59,112 nucleotides of DNA from positions 1 to 59,112 of IMG/VR virus record IMGVR_UViG_3300047564_002154. One strand, given 5' to 3'. The notes beneath the pieces are model-generated. The model ran no database searches. It was not told where the DNA came from and worked only from the letters and a program-made list of their open reading frames with translations. A program made the position numbers and the translations under genes. This DNA comes from a virus. Taxonomy: Duplodnaviria; Caudoviricetes. Within the stretch, counting starts at the first letter, position 1, and the number at the start of each line of letters is the position of its first letter. Positions 49,468-59,112 of the stretch are shown here, one piece after another.

Positions 49468-50186
49468 CTGTCTAGACCCTCCACCTTAACTGAATTGTGT
49501 TTACCGCAAACTGGGCAGTTAAATTCTAACGTATGTGATAATTTTGGCATTGTTTCAAAAAACTTTTGTAGTCTTTCGAACTGCTCAGATGTTAGGTTGT
49601 CAATAAACTCTTTAACTTCTGCCTTACTTTGTTCTTTGATATGATAAATCTGTTCGTTATCGTAGATGTAGTCTATTGCCTCTGCAATAATCTCAAACAC
49701 TAATCCTGGGTCACTAGCTTTCACATTCTCAAACTTTGATAGCATTTCTAATGATGGATATTTCATAACGACGCCAACATCGTTAAATAAAGCAATTTTG
49801 TTGGTGTGTTCTGGTGACTGTTCAACTTTGATGTCGTCAATATTAATCTTTGCGATAAAAGATGCTTTTTTGTTTGCTTCTTCTGACCCGTGCTCTTCTG
49901 GACACACTAGTGTTAAATCAATTTCTTCTCCAACAGATTTAGCGCGAAGCTGTAGAAAAATATATTCAATATCAAACAGCGATAATGATTCTAAATTAAG
50001 TTTAGAAGTCACTGAAGATTTGATAATATTTTTCAGTGTATCCATCATCACGTTAACATTTTCGCTCTGTTGCGCGATTAAAAGTGCTTTTTGCTCTTTC
50101 ACTAAGAATGGGCGAAAGTTCACTGTTTCTTTAGTAGAAGGGACAGTCAACCTATAGATTGGTGTGTTATTTAATGGTAAAGCCAT
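49458..50186 (-). CDS. 26: baseplate hub assembly chaperone gp26
   Basis: RPFLVKEQK.LL, DIEYIFLQLRAKSVGE, CPVCG, GL.SFF. Confidence 0.92.
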   Translation of the reverse strand: MALPLNNTPIYRLTVPSTKETVNFRPFLVKEQKALLIAQQSENVNVMMDTLKNIIKSSVTSKLNLESLSLFDIEYIFLQLRAKSVGEEIDLTLVCPEEHGSEEANKKASFIAKINIDDIKVEQSPEHTNKIALFNDVGVVMKYPSLEMLSKFENVKASDPGLVFEIIAEAIDYIYDNEQIYHIKEQSKAEVKEFIDNLTSEQFERLQKFFETMPKLSHTLEFNCPVCGKHNSVKVEGLDSFF

Positions 50187-50602
50187 TATGCATCTCCTTT
50201 ATTCATGTTCTTTAACATCTTGTTCAATTCAGCGGTGCTACCTACAAAGATGGCATTGTTATTCGTCACTTCTTTTTTTGTTCCTTCTTTGGGCGCGTCT
50301 AGTTTTTGTTTTTGTTGATGTAAGTCTAGTAATTGTTGATTCACATCAGCCAACTGTTTCATCAAATTACCGACCACTTCAAAAGCGCGAGGGTGTTCAG
50401 ATTGATTAGCCACGTCCAAGGCTTTCATAAGAGCCTGTTGACCTTGTGACAAGATTAAACGCAGGTTGTTACGCGTCACCTCATAGTCATCTTCAATTTT
50501 GTTAGTTTTATCGTTAATTACGTCACCTTCTTTGGTGATGATCTCGGGATTATTCATCGGCTCAATACCAAATTCAGCAGACAATTTTTCATCAATTTTC
50601 AT
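50186..50602 (-). CDS. 16: terminase small subunit gp16
   Basis: DY...R, SEHPRAFEV, NNAIFVGST.EL. Confidence 0.88.
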   Translation of the reverse strand: MKIDEKLSAEFGIEPMNNPEIITKEGDVINDKTNKIEDDYEVTRNNLRLILSQGQQALMKALDVANQSEHPRAFEVVGNLMKQLADVNQQLLDLHQQKQKLDAPKEGTKKEVTNNNAIFVGSTAELNKMLKNMNKGDA

Positions 50603-50661
50603 TAGTCATTCCTATTATTACAAATGAGTGATCTTGCCGATCAGATGTTACGTCAAGTTTA

Positions 50662-50934
50662 TTATTTATCGCTTGGCGGTGCCATCCCTGCTATCTTTTC
50701 TTTACCGCGACTCCACGCAGCAATACCCAACACAGCACCCATTGCCATATGAAATAAACCAGCGCCTTGTAAGGTTAACGGCTCCCATGGTTTAACGGGG
50801 TTTACGCCGGTTAAATTTTGAAAAATCGCCCACAGAACTGGGTAGATAATGAAGTCTGTTATACAGACTACCATGTACATCCAACCCATGGCTGGACGCC
50901 ATTTACGATTCATCCATGATTCTTGATCGTTCAT
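50662..50934 (-). CDS. holin-like membrane protein (3TM type)
   Basis: KWRPAMGW, GAVLG..AWSRG.EK. Confidence 0.7.
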   Translation of the reverse strand: MNDQESWMNRKWRPAMGWMYMVVCITDFIIYPVLWAIFQNLTGVNPVKPWEPLTLQGAGLFHMAMGAVLGIAAWSRGKEKIAGMAPPSDK

Positions 50935-51632
50935 TAGAATTTTAACACTCCAGGAAGATTAGATATATTATAAGTGGGGGCAGAACCAGTTACAAAATTT
51001 CCTGCTCTTACACCAAGCGTGTTGTTTAATGTTTCTTGAAAACCAGTAAAATTTGTCATCATAGTATCATACCAAATAATTGGAATTTTTTGTTTATCAG
51101 CCAATGCTGTTATCGGCTGAGAAGTCCAAAATTTGTACTGCATTCCAACAGAAAGTTTCATAATATCTTTGTTATTGTGATCTAATTGTATAGAGCCAAT
51201 ATTCTTCGGATAACATTCGTGGAGAGTCACCTCATAACGAGTTTTATCAGTTAAATCTTGAACCTCAATGGTCATGTTTGTTATGTATTTATTGTAATAA
51301 TTATAAGTTCTTGTTAATGGATTTGAAATAACATTTTGCCAATTGTCAAATAATCCCTTAACTTTCATCTCAGTGTCTACATAAAATGACATTGTAATAT
51401 TGTCGTAAAGTCTTTCGTACGGAACTTCGCGAAATTCTCCAAATGATCTGTTCTGAACCGTGGAAAAATTACAACCAGGAAGTTGAACTTGATCACAAAA
51501 AAGCATAATTTTTTGTAGAGAAGCCGGTGATACACCAACCGGTGGTCGGAACATAACTGCATATCTGTTTGTTCTGGCCAGACCTCCAGATTTAACCTGA
51601 GAAATAAACTCTTGTATAGATTTAAGTGCCAT
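50934..51632 (-). CDS. 54: baseplate/tail-tube initiator (gp54-like)
   Basis: GGLAR.NRY, LPG, YPK.I..I.L tail-tube fold. Confidence 0.75.
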   Translation of the reverse strand: MALKSIQEFISQVKSGGLARTNRYAVMFRPPVGVSPASLQKIMLFCDQVQLPGCNFSTVQNRSFGEFREVPYERLYDNITMSFYVDTEMKVKGLFDNWQNVISNPLTRTYNYYNKYITNMTIEVQDLTDKTRYEVTLHECYPKNIGSIQLDHNNKDIMKLSVGMQYKFWTSQPITALADKQKIPIIWYDTMMTNFTGFQETLNNTLGVRAGNFVTGSAPTYNISNLPGVLKF

Positions 51633-51633
51633 A

Positions 51634-52236
51634 TTATGTTCTTCTAATTATTTTCTGAGACTCTGCCCAGACTTCTTGTTTACTGGCTCCCACAAACTGT
51701 TCGACGGGGAGTAACATAGCAGTCGCCCAATCTGCCGAATCGATCTTGCGGAAGGGGGATCTAACGTGCCCAAGTAGATAGTGTTTCACGCACGGCTTTG
51801 CTGGCGCGAAACGGGAAATACCATCAATAATTTGCCATGAGTATTTTAACCTGGTCAACTCGTCCATACGATTGTTAGATTTAAACACCATAAGAGCATC
51901 CAGCAACTTAATCCTAAAATGGTATGGGAGATAATGCATATTTAACCCCATAAAACCATCTGGCGTTTTACTAAAAGGGAACACTAAAGGAAATCTGTCA
52001 TAATATGGCAATTCTTTTTTCATCTTAGGTTCATACATGAACATGTAACAATGTCCAGGCTGAATCCTAGTGACGTTGGAGCTAGTGTCACCAGACATCA
52101 CTTTATTTGGGGTGATGTTTTGTTTAGTTAGTAGAATGACCTGTTGCTCGAACCAACCTTTAGACTTTTTAACTGCTGTCGCCAAGTCGTATTTGTTTCG
52201 TTCGAACACTTCCAGCATTGTTTCTTTTTTAGCCAT
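51634..52236 (-). CDS. 2: DNA end protector gp2
   Basis: LPYYDRFPLV, GLN.HYL, KHYL. Confidence 0.92.
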   Translation of the reverse strand: MAKKETMLEVFERNKYDLATAVKKSKGWFEQQVILLTKQNITPNKVMSGDTSSNVTRIQPGHCYMFMYEPKMKKELPYYDRFPLVFPFSKTPDGFMGLNMHYLPYHFRIKLLDALMVFKSNNRMDELTRLKYSWQIIDGISRFAPAKPCVKHYLLGHVRSPFRKIDSADWATAMLLPVEQFVGASKQEVWAESQKIIRRT

Positions 52237-52245
52237 ATTAGTTAT

Positions 52246-52674
52246 TTAGGACTTAATTCCCAATTCTCGTTCTGTGATAATTTTGAACTCCCAACCACGA
52301 TCTTTAGCGTATTCAGTTGCAGCCTTCCATTTAGCTTGGTTCTTCATGAATGTTAAAGATTCTGTTAGGTATCTTTTCGTCTTTTTTCCAGGATACACTG
52401 GCGGTTGAGTTTGATATTCAGGTTTAACTTCAACAAGATAGGTTTTACCTGTGGAAACTGTGATTTTAAAGTCTACAAAGTAACGATGAATATAATTATC
52501 CGTCGGGCATCTATATGGGATTATGGTTTCCTCTGAACTCCATCTCACAACGCTTGAATTCTTGTCGCACCAATTTGCAAACATAGTTTCCCATGACGAC
52601 CGCATAATGATATTAGTGGGGTCGCCAGCATATTTCTCTGGAAATGTAGGGATAAACTTTCTTTTATGGAGCAT
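52246..52674 (-). CDS. 4: head completion nuclease gp4
   Basis: KY.GDPTNI..RSSWE, W.SE, HRYFVDF, EVKP, NQAKW.AA. Confidence 0.93.
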   Translation of the reverse strand: MLHKRKFIPTFPEKYAGDPTNIIMRSSWETMFANWCDKNSSVVRWSSEETIIPYRCPTDNYIHRYFVDFKITVSTGKTYLVEVKPEYQTQPPVYPGKKTKRYLTESLTFMKNQAKWKAATEYAKDRGWEFKIITERELGIKS

Positions 52675-52724
52675 AAATAACTAATTAGGAATAAAACCAC
52701 TCTTATTTAGGGTAAGGGATTAAA

Positions 52725-53861
52725 ATGTCAAGAATTTCAGATACGTGGGACTCGAATAAAACGGGTGCTTCTCAGACCATTAAAAATTGGTCAGAGACGT
52801 CTACGTTGAATAAAAATATTAGAGACGACGCTGTTTCGTACAAACAAGCAGACGGAAAATATGGCACAGGGCAGTACAAAGTTAGTAATCATTCATACCC
52901 TATAGATCTCATGTCATCAGATGGTCGTTATGGTGGAAACTATGTTATTTTTTATATTAATATTGCCATAGATTCTAAACTTAAAATACCAGAAGCAAAC
53001 TTAGTAGCAGTAAATGACGTTCCTGTTAGAGATCGTGGAGAATTAATCGCTCAAAATTTAAGCGAGTCTCAAACAGTAGTATCGCAAGCAGCTATAGGCG
53101 CTGGTGGAACAGTAGTTAGTAAATTTTTAGGAGTTGGTGGTCCAGGCGCAGGTTTAGCTGCGCTCGCTACAGTAGGCGCAGCAGCCGTGGCAAGCGTTGG
53201 TGCTTCTGCTTCTCGTCAACAAAGACGATTAAAAACTGCAATCGCGTTACACGTACCAAATCAACTTTCTATTCGTTATGGTATGCAATGGTCTGAGGAA
53301 GACACATTTGCTTTAGCATCCGCTAGTGCAGCATCATCTGAAATTGCTAAATCAGTTCAAAATAAAGACGTTAAAAATGTATCAGATTTAGCTAAAACTA
53401 TTGCGGCTCAAATAGCTCTGTCTAAAGGACCAATGGCTGGTGGCTTATCTGCTGCAACTGGTTTAGCGGCTAATCCTCGTAAAGAACAGGTGTTTAAGGG
53501 TGTTGATTTTAGAACGTTTCAGTTTGATTATCAATTTTTTCCACGCGATGTAGACGAAGCCAACAATGTATTGAGAATTATTGAAGAATTTAAGGTTCAT
53601 ATGCACCCAGAATTTAAGGACAACAATAATTTTCTTTATATCTATCCTTCTGAATTTGATATTTCATATTTTCAAGGCGGGACAGAAAACTTAAATCTAC
53701 ATCGCCACACATCGTGCGTGTTGACCGAAATGAACATTAATTACACACCGAATGGCGCATTCACGACTTTCCCGAATGGTATGCCTACTCAGATTAATGT
53801 TACAATGAACTTTAGAGAACTGGGTCTTCTTACAAAACAAAAAGTTATGGATGGTCTATAA
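52725..53861 (+). CDS. 48: baseplate tail-tube cap gp48
   Basis: NP..EQ.FKG..FR.F.F, F.EL; synteny. Confidence 0.85.
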   Translation: MSRISDTWDSNKTGASQTIKNWSETSTLNKNIRDDAVSYKQADGKYGTGQYKVSNHSYPIDLMSSDGRYGGNYVIFYINIAIDSKLKIPEANLVAVNDVPVRDRGELIAQNLSESQTVVSQAAIGAGGTVVSKFLGVGGPGAGLAALATVGAAAVASVGASASRQQRRLKTAIALHVPNQLSIRYGMQWSEEDTFALASASAASSEIAKSVQNKDVKNVSDLAKTIAAQIALSKGPMAGGLSAATGLAANPRKEQVFKGVDFRTFQFDYQFFPRDVDEANNVLRIIEEFKVHMHPEFKDNNNFLYIYPSEFDISYFQGGTENLNLHRHTSCVLTEMNINYTPNGAFTTFPNGMPTQINVTMNFRELGLLTKQKVMDGL

Positions 53862-54592
53862 TGTACTTCAAAGAATTTCCAAAATTCTTATACGACTTCA
53901 AATACGGAGATCGTGACACAAGAACATCTGTTGTGACAGACATCACTCGAAATATTCGTGTTCGTAAAGAAATTTTAGAAAATATAACTCTTTATGACCA
54001 ATATGATATTGTTGATGGCGAAACTCCAGAAATTATTGCTGAAAAAATTTATGGTAATCCAGAGTATCACTGGATTATAATGATAGCTAATGGAAGATAT
54101 GACTATGTCTCTGATTTTCCATTAACAGATGATGTGCTTCAGCGGGTGTGTGTTGCTACATATAATAAAGAACTAACTGGTACGTGGTCATATTCTGGTA
54201 ATATTATCACCGTAACAAGTCCATACCACGGAATTCAAGTTTCTCCGACCACAACTGTTACTATAACTGGCGCTCTCGCTACAACAAACGCGCCAAATGG
54301 AACGTATATTGTATCTACAGTCGTCGACGAAAATACATTTCGATTCACGGTCAACAGTATTCCTACTGGAACAGCTAGTGGTTCGCTAAAAATAAAAACT
54401 AATGGTAAAGAAAATTATATCCATCATTATGAACGAGAAGATGGATTAAAAGTGAATTCAGATTACCCTGGAGCATTTCCTGTTACCAATTTAGTGTTTT
54501 CCCAGCTAGAAAATGAAAAGAAACGAAGAATAAAAATAATATCGCCGGATTTATTGTCAATCATTTTAAAACAATATAAAGATCTATTATAA
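53861..54592 (+). CDS. 53: baseplate wedge gp53
   Basis: MYF..FP, GETPE.IA...YG...HW, IHHYE, NE.KR.IKI. Confidence 0.9.
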   Translation: MYFKEFPKFLYDFKYGDRDTRTSVVTDITRNIRVRKEILENITLYDQYDIVDGETPEIIAEKIYGNPEYHWIIMIANGRYDYVSDFPLTDDVLQRVCVATYNKELTGTWSYSGNIITVTSPYHGIQVSPTTTVTITGALATTNAPNGTYIVSTVVDENTFRFTVNSIPTGTASGSLKIKTNGKENYIHHYEREDGLKVNSDYPGAFPVTNLVFSQLENEKKRRIKIISPDLLSIILKQYKDLL

Positions 54593-55869
54593 TGCAGTCT
54601 AAAGAGCAGTTAAGATTTGCTGGAGATGTTAACATCGACCGGGTGCAGATAATTACCCAGAAAGGGTTTTATCAAGACGTCACCGCACAAATGTTAACTA
54701 TACAGTTTTATGAAGATTTATTCTCACCATTTATATCCGGCAGTATTATATTGAGAGAATCTTTGGACTTGGTTAATCTATTCCCACTTATTGGTGAGGA
54801 ATATATTAATGTAGACATTTCAACTCCAACGATAAAAGAATCTGCTATTAAAGGTAAATATTACATTTACAAGATGTCTGATAGAGAAATACTGGGCGAT
54901 CGAAATGTAGTCTATCAGTTGCATTTTATTTCCGTTGAGGCGATAACAGATCTGAATAAAAAGATTAGCAGAACATTTGGTAATAAAGTTTCCGAATTGG
55001 TTGAACCATTTATTAAAGATAAAACTCTAGGATTAGAATCTGAAAAATCAGTAGTAGTAGAAGCGACCAACAATAACATTAAATACATTTCAAATTATTG
55101 GTCGCCAGTTAAAAATTTATTGTTTTTAACTGAAAACGCGCTCAACACGAACGGAACTCCAAATTATGTTTTTTTTGAAAACCGTGATGGGTTTTATTTT
55201 GTTAGTTTAGAAACGCTATACCAAAATGGAGTCAAACAAGAGTTTGTTTATGACAAATTCGTTCGCGATAGAACAGCAGCGGGAGACGTTCGAAATATAC
55301 CTGAAGAATATAAAAGAATTTTAGAAATAAACATTCCAGTGGCATACGATTACATGGATAGAATTAGATCGGGTATGTTAGCGTCCAGACAGGTTTCTTA
55401 TGATGTAGTTAAGAAGACATATTCAGCTAAAAATTATAATGCTGTTGATAGGTTTGAAACACAAAAACACCTTAATACATATTCAATAAACTCAAACTCT
55501 GCAATATTCCGTGCAAATTCTTTAATCATTAATTTTCCAAAACATTATGGGAATTTTAATGGTTTTGGAGACGTTACCAATTCTAAATTTAATCAAGAAC
55601 GAATCTCTACTATGAAGTTGGCGGAATCTAATAAAATCAGTATAACAGTCCCTGGAAGAACTGATTACACTGTTGGGCAAAAGGTTAAAGTGGCATTAAA
55701 TAGAATGGAACCTATGTCTGAAAAAGATGATGACATGACTGATAAAATATTTTCAGGTAATTATTTAATTTCAGCTATTAATCATTATATTGATAAAGAA
55801 AAGCATGAGTGTTATATGGAATTGATTAAAGAATCTTCTATGATGGACATGAACAGAGGGAAAAAATGA
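54592..55869 (+). CDS. baseplate hub protein (gp27-like)
   Basis: YEDLFSP..SG, SG.YLISAI.H; between gp53 and gp5. Confidence 0.75.
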   Translation: MQSKEQLRFAGDVNIDRVQIITQKGFYQDVTAQMLTIQFYEDLFSPFISGSIILRESLDLVNLFPLIGEEYINVDISTPTIKESAIKGKYYIYKMSDREILGDRNVVYQLHFISVEAITDLNKKISRTFGNKVSELVEPFIKDKTLGLESEKSVVVEATNNNIKYISNYWSPVKNLLFLTENALNTNGTPNYVFFENRDGFYFVSLETLYQNGVKQEFVYDKFVRDRTAAGDVRNIPEEYKRILEINIPVAYDYMDRIRSGMLASRQVSYDVVKKTYSAKNYNAVDRFETQKHLNTYSINSNSAIFRANSLIINFPKHYGNFNGFGDVTNSKFNQERISTMKLAESNKISITVPGRTDYTVGQKVKVALNRMEPMSEKDDDMTDKIFSGNYLISAINHYIDKEKHECYMELIKESSMMDMNRGKK

Positions 55870-58800
55870 ATTTTTATTATGGCGTCGTAGAAAACAGACA
55901 AGACCCTCTACGACTCGGTCGCTGCCAAGTTCGCGTGGTGGGATTGCACACCCACGATAAATCTACGCTACCAACTGCAGATCTGCCATGGTCTATGCCA
56001 TTACAGCCAGTCACTTCTGCAGCAATGAATGGTATTGGATACGCTCCGCTTGGTCCAGTTGAAGGTACTACGGTAGTTATAATGTTTGCTGATGCAGATC
56101 AACAGCAACCAATTATGTTGGGAACAGTTGGTGGTATTCCAAATCAACCGGCTCCTATCGATTCAGATGATAATGCGCCAATACCTGTTTCTAGCAAAAC
56201 GTCCGACATAATATTAAGGACTGTTCCAGGACCAACGACTGGAAGAATTTTAACTTTTTATGACCCAGAAACAAATAAAACTAATTTAACTTCTGAGTTA
56301 AAGGCTAACATGCGAGTTATTGGGTTTGAATTGCCCAAAGAAACTTTCATCGTTTCCATTAACAGCGCAACACAAATAACCATTAGTAATGCAGTCACGA
56401 ATTATGGCGAGAATATATTAACGTTTGAAGACCCACCAACTAATTTAGAGTTTTTAAACTCAACGAAAAATAGATTAGTTGATAGTTCTGGTAATCCAGT
56501 AACATCAGGATCAGGGGAACCTATTGTTACTGATTCTGGTACATCTACCGTAAAATCTTCTCCTGCTAACGATTCTATCCCAACCAGCCCACCACCAAAA
56601 TCATCACCAAATGCAGCCAAATCAGAACAAGGTATTAAAGCATTAATCGCTGCTTGCGATAAAGTTGGTTTAAAGACTAAAGAACAGAAGTGTGCATTGT
56701 TGGGCATCGTAGGGGGAGAATGTCGCTGGATTCCGCAGTTAGAATCTTTTACTTATTCACCAGCCCGTTTAAAAGAAATATACTCTTTTGCAACGCCAGA
56801 AGATATTGAGAAATATTCGTACGCATCCCGCAAAGGTATTACTCGTGAACAATTTTTTTCTTGGGCATATGGCACAACCAAACGCGGCAAAGGTTTCTTA
56901 GGTAATCAATCAGACGCCGACGGTGGAAAATATTTTGGTCGTGGATTTATTCAGCTAACTGGTCGAGGAAATTATACTCGCTATCAGAAGCTAGCTAATC
57001 AGATGGGATTAAACATAGACATTGTGAATAATCCAGATTCTATTGATGATGATATAAATGTGTCTGCACTGATTGCAGCGTTATTTATCAAAGACCTAGT
57101 TAAAAAAGTTCCTGAATCTGCGCATCCTGCATATTTTCTGGCAGCTAAGAAAGCGGTCGGTGTCAATTCTGCAAATATCGCTGCATTAAAACAATCTTAT
57201 TATGAATATTTCTACGGAAAACCAGGAACTGGTGGAGAAGAAAAAGACGCAGCACCACCAGTTGCTGAACCCCCCAAAGATGGCGATATCAATATTCCAG
57301 GTCCATCTCAAAAATCTATTGAAACTGGATCGTTTACTACAGGGTTCCGAGATCCAAATAACAAATATCCATTAAAAGAATATATTGGTGAACCAGACAC
57401 TAATAGATTATCTCGTGGGGTCATTGAAGGGACCATCGTTAAAAAGAAGGACGCCAACCGCGCAAGGGCGATACCTAAAGCGTTGGATCTTGGTTCTTGG
57501 GATCAACCAGAAACGGTGTATGGAGCAAAATACCCATTTAATAAAGTTTTTGAAACAGAATCTGGGCACGTTCAAGAGTTTGATGACACTCCAGGATATG
57601 AAAGAATTAATACATATCATCGTTCTGGAACATTCACAGAAATTGATCCAAACGGCGTGCAGGTTAACTATATTGTCGGTGATAATTTTACTATTATAGA
57701 AAAGAACGGATGCATTAGCGTCAGGGGTGAATGTAACATCACCGTTGATGGTAATACTAACATTTACGCCAGAACAGACGCCAATATTCAAGTTGAACAG
57801 AATGCCACAATTAAAGTGGGTAACAATGCTGATGTTGGCATAGCAACTGACTTGACGCTGGCAGTCGGTGGAGATATGAAAGTAAAAGTTGCTGGTGAAT
57901 TGTCTATTGATGCTGGCGCTATTGGCATTAAATCTCAAGCTGGATTAGATATACAAGCTGCTGCGGGATTTTCTGCGAAAGGATCTACTATCAACGTGGA
58001 AGCAGAAGGTGAAGCAAATTATCTATCTGGCGCATCAACCAGAATGGATTATTCTGAGGGGCATTTTGGTAATGGCGCTGCTGGAGCGAATGCCGTTGAA
58101 GGTGTTCCATTAACACCGCCACCGGCAGGTAATCCTGTTAATCCTGTTGTTCCATACGCAGTTCCACCAGAAAGAGAGTTTGAAGAAAAAACTATTGCTG
58201 AAACTCCAGAAGATTTTGATACACCAGAAGGAAGACGCGCCACAGCTGAACAGATCAGAACAGAAGGTGTTATTGGCGCACCAGCGCCAGTTGCTGAAGA
58301 AGAAGCACCAAAACCAACTGGAGCAAAAGCTGCAACAGAAGTACCGGTAGATTGTAAAATTATCTACACGACTAAAGAGTTTACCCACGATTATCGTTTA
58401 TCCAAAAACTTTACTGTCGGCATGCTAATTAAAAATCACACATTACATAAATTAGTAGATCAGACGCTAAAAGAATCTGCTGCTGCTGGAGGTGGTACGC
58501 GCCTTTACACAGTTGGGGAAATTGTTTGTAATATGGCGCAGTTAGCGCAAAACTTACTAGAACCAGCATTGGAAGTTCTTCCTGGCGGTATCGGTGGATA
58601 TAAAAAGCAGTGGCAAATTAATTCTGGATATCGGTTGAGGGGTGCTATCGGCGCGATAGAGTCTGCCACATCAGATCATCCAAAGGGACGCGCAGTAGAT
58701 ATAGGAATTTTGCTGCCAGATAGAATTGGTAAAACGTATGAGTATATTCAAAAATTAGAAAAAATTATTCCATATGACCAATTAATTCTAGAGTATCGTT

Positions 58801-58937
58801 ACTCCTCATCTGTTTGGATCCATGCATCATATAACGCGAAAACATCGCGCAGAAGGGCGTTTACAATGGTTAACGATGCGCCATATAAACAATCAGGATT
58901 CGTTTTATTAAACAACATTCCTCCGAAAGCTGCATAA
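55866..58937 (+). CDS. 5: baseplate hub spike gp5 with GH19 and M15 peptidase domains
   Basis: GVVE.R.DPL.LGR..VR OB fold; GRGFIQLTG; TESGH..EFDDTPG.ER; SGYR..SDH..G.AVD..WIH. Confidence 0.92.
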   Translation: MNFYYGVVENRQDPLRLGRCQVRVVGLHTHDKSTLPTADLPWSMPLQPVTSAAMNGIGYAPLGPVEGTTVVIMFADADQQQPIMLGTVGGIPNQPAPIDSDDNAPIPVSSKTSDIILRTVPGPTTGRILTFYDPETNKTNLTSELKANMRVIGFELPKETFIVSINSATQITISNAVTNYGENILTFEDPPTNLEFLNSTKNRLVDSSGNPVTSGSGEPIVTDSGTSTVKSSPANDSIPTSPPPKSSPNAAKSEQGIKALIAACDKVGLKTKEQKCALLGIVGGECRWIPQLESFTYSPARLKEIYSFATPEDIEKYSYASRKGITREQFFSWAYGTTKRGKGFLGNQSDADGGKYFGRGFIQLTGRGNYTRYQKLANQMGLNIDIVNNPDSIDDDINVSALIAALFIKDLVKKVPESAHPAYFLAAKKAVGVNSANIAALKQSYYEYFYGKPGTGGEEKDAAPPVAEPPKDGDINIPGPSQKSIETGSFTTGFRDPNNKYPLKEYIGEPDTNRLSRGVIEGTIVKKKDANRARAIPKALDLGSWDQPETVYGAKYPFNKVFETESGHVQEFDDTPGYERINTYHRSGTFTEIDPNGVQVNYIVGDNFTIIEKNGCISVRGECNITVDGNTNIYARTDANIQVEQNATIKVGNNADVGIATDLTLAVGGDMKVKVAGELSIDAGAIGIKSQAGLDIQAAAGFSAKGSTINVEAEGEANYLSGASTRMDYSEGHFGNGAAGANAVEGVPLTPPPAGNPVNPVVPYAVPPEREFEEKTIAETPEDFDTPEGRRATAEQIRTEGVIGAPAPVAEEEAPKPTGAKAATEVPVDCKIIYTTKEFTHDYRLSKNFTVGMLIKNHTLHKLVDQTLKESAAAGGGTRLYTVGEIVCNMAQLAQNLLEPALEVLPGGIGGYKKQWQINSGYRLRGAIGAIESATSDHPKGRAVDIGILLPDRIGKTYEYIQKLEKIIPYDQLILEYRYSSSVWIHASYNAKTSRRRAFTMVNDAPYKQSGFVLLNNIPPKAA

Positions 58938-59112
58938 TGTGGAATCCTGATAATTCTTTATTGGCGACTACGGAGGAGCTACAAAATTTATTTTTTATAA
59001 TAGATTATACATCAGAAACTCCAGAAACCGTTGCTATAGTGACGGTGACAGCCAATCAACAATTTGAGGGGAACTTAGACACAACAGAAAACATTATTAG
59101 TGGATATTATTC
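58937..59112 (+). CDS. partial ORF running off the window
   Basis: ATG overlaps the gp5 stop, open to the window end. Confidence 0.55.
   Translation, partial: MWNPDNSLLATTEELQNLFFIIDYTSETPETVAIVTVTANQQFEGNLDTTENIISGYY

Overview
This is a segment of a large T4-like (Tevenvirinae-related) myophage genome. The host is plausibly a betaproteobacterium, a weak inference from DUF3135-like and other accessory genes. 1-5 kb: DsbA, RNase H and dCMP deaminase. 5.3-12.9 kb: about 23 tRNAs mixed with homing endonucleases, tRNA remnants and several unexplained structured RNAs. 12.9-22.3 kb: RNA ligase, a Gly-rich/collagen module, a minimal GGQ release-factor protein and many small ORFs. 22.3-36 kb: a hyperplastic early region with 17 forward copies plus 1 inverted copy of a promoter+RBS cassette, and a family of about 10 modular paralogous mini-proteins. 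36-47.4 kb: nucleotide, repair and lysis genes, gp33, gp59 and gp32. 47.4-59 kb: baseplate, head-completion and packaging genes. The most striking observations are: (1) an HNH gene inserted at the DxHFG motif of a phosphoesterase gene, whose replacement 5' end carries one extra base in a UUU-CGG +1 frameshift context; (2) mini-proteins with constant anchors and variable segments that appear shuffled; (3) a putative ribosome-rescue toolkit (ArfA-like peptide, codon-blind GGQ protein, tmRNA-TLD-like mini RNA); (4) AUU start codons, A34 tRNAs and an atypical initiator tRNA; (5) a gp26-gp51 -1 frameshift. All calls were made by eye and no database searches were run.
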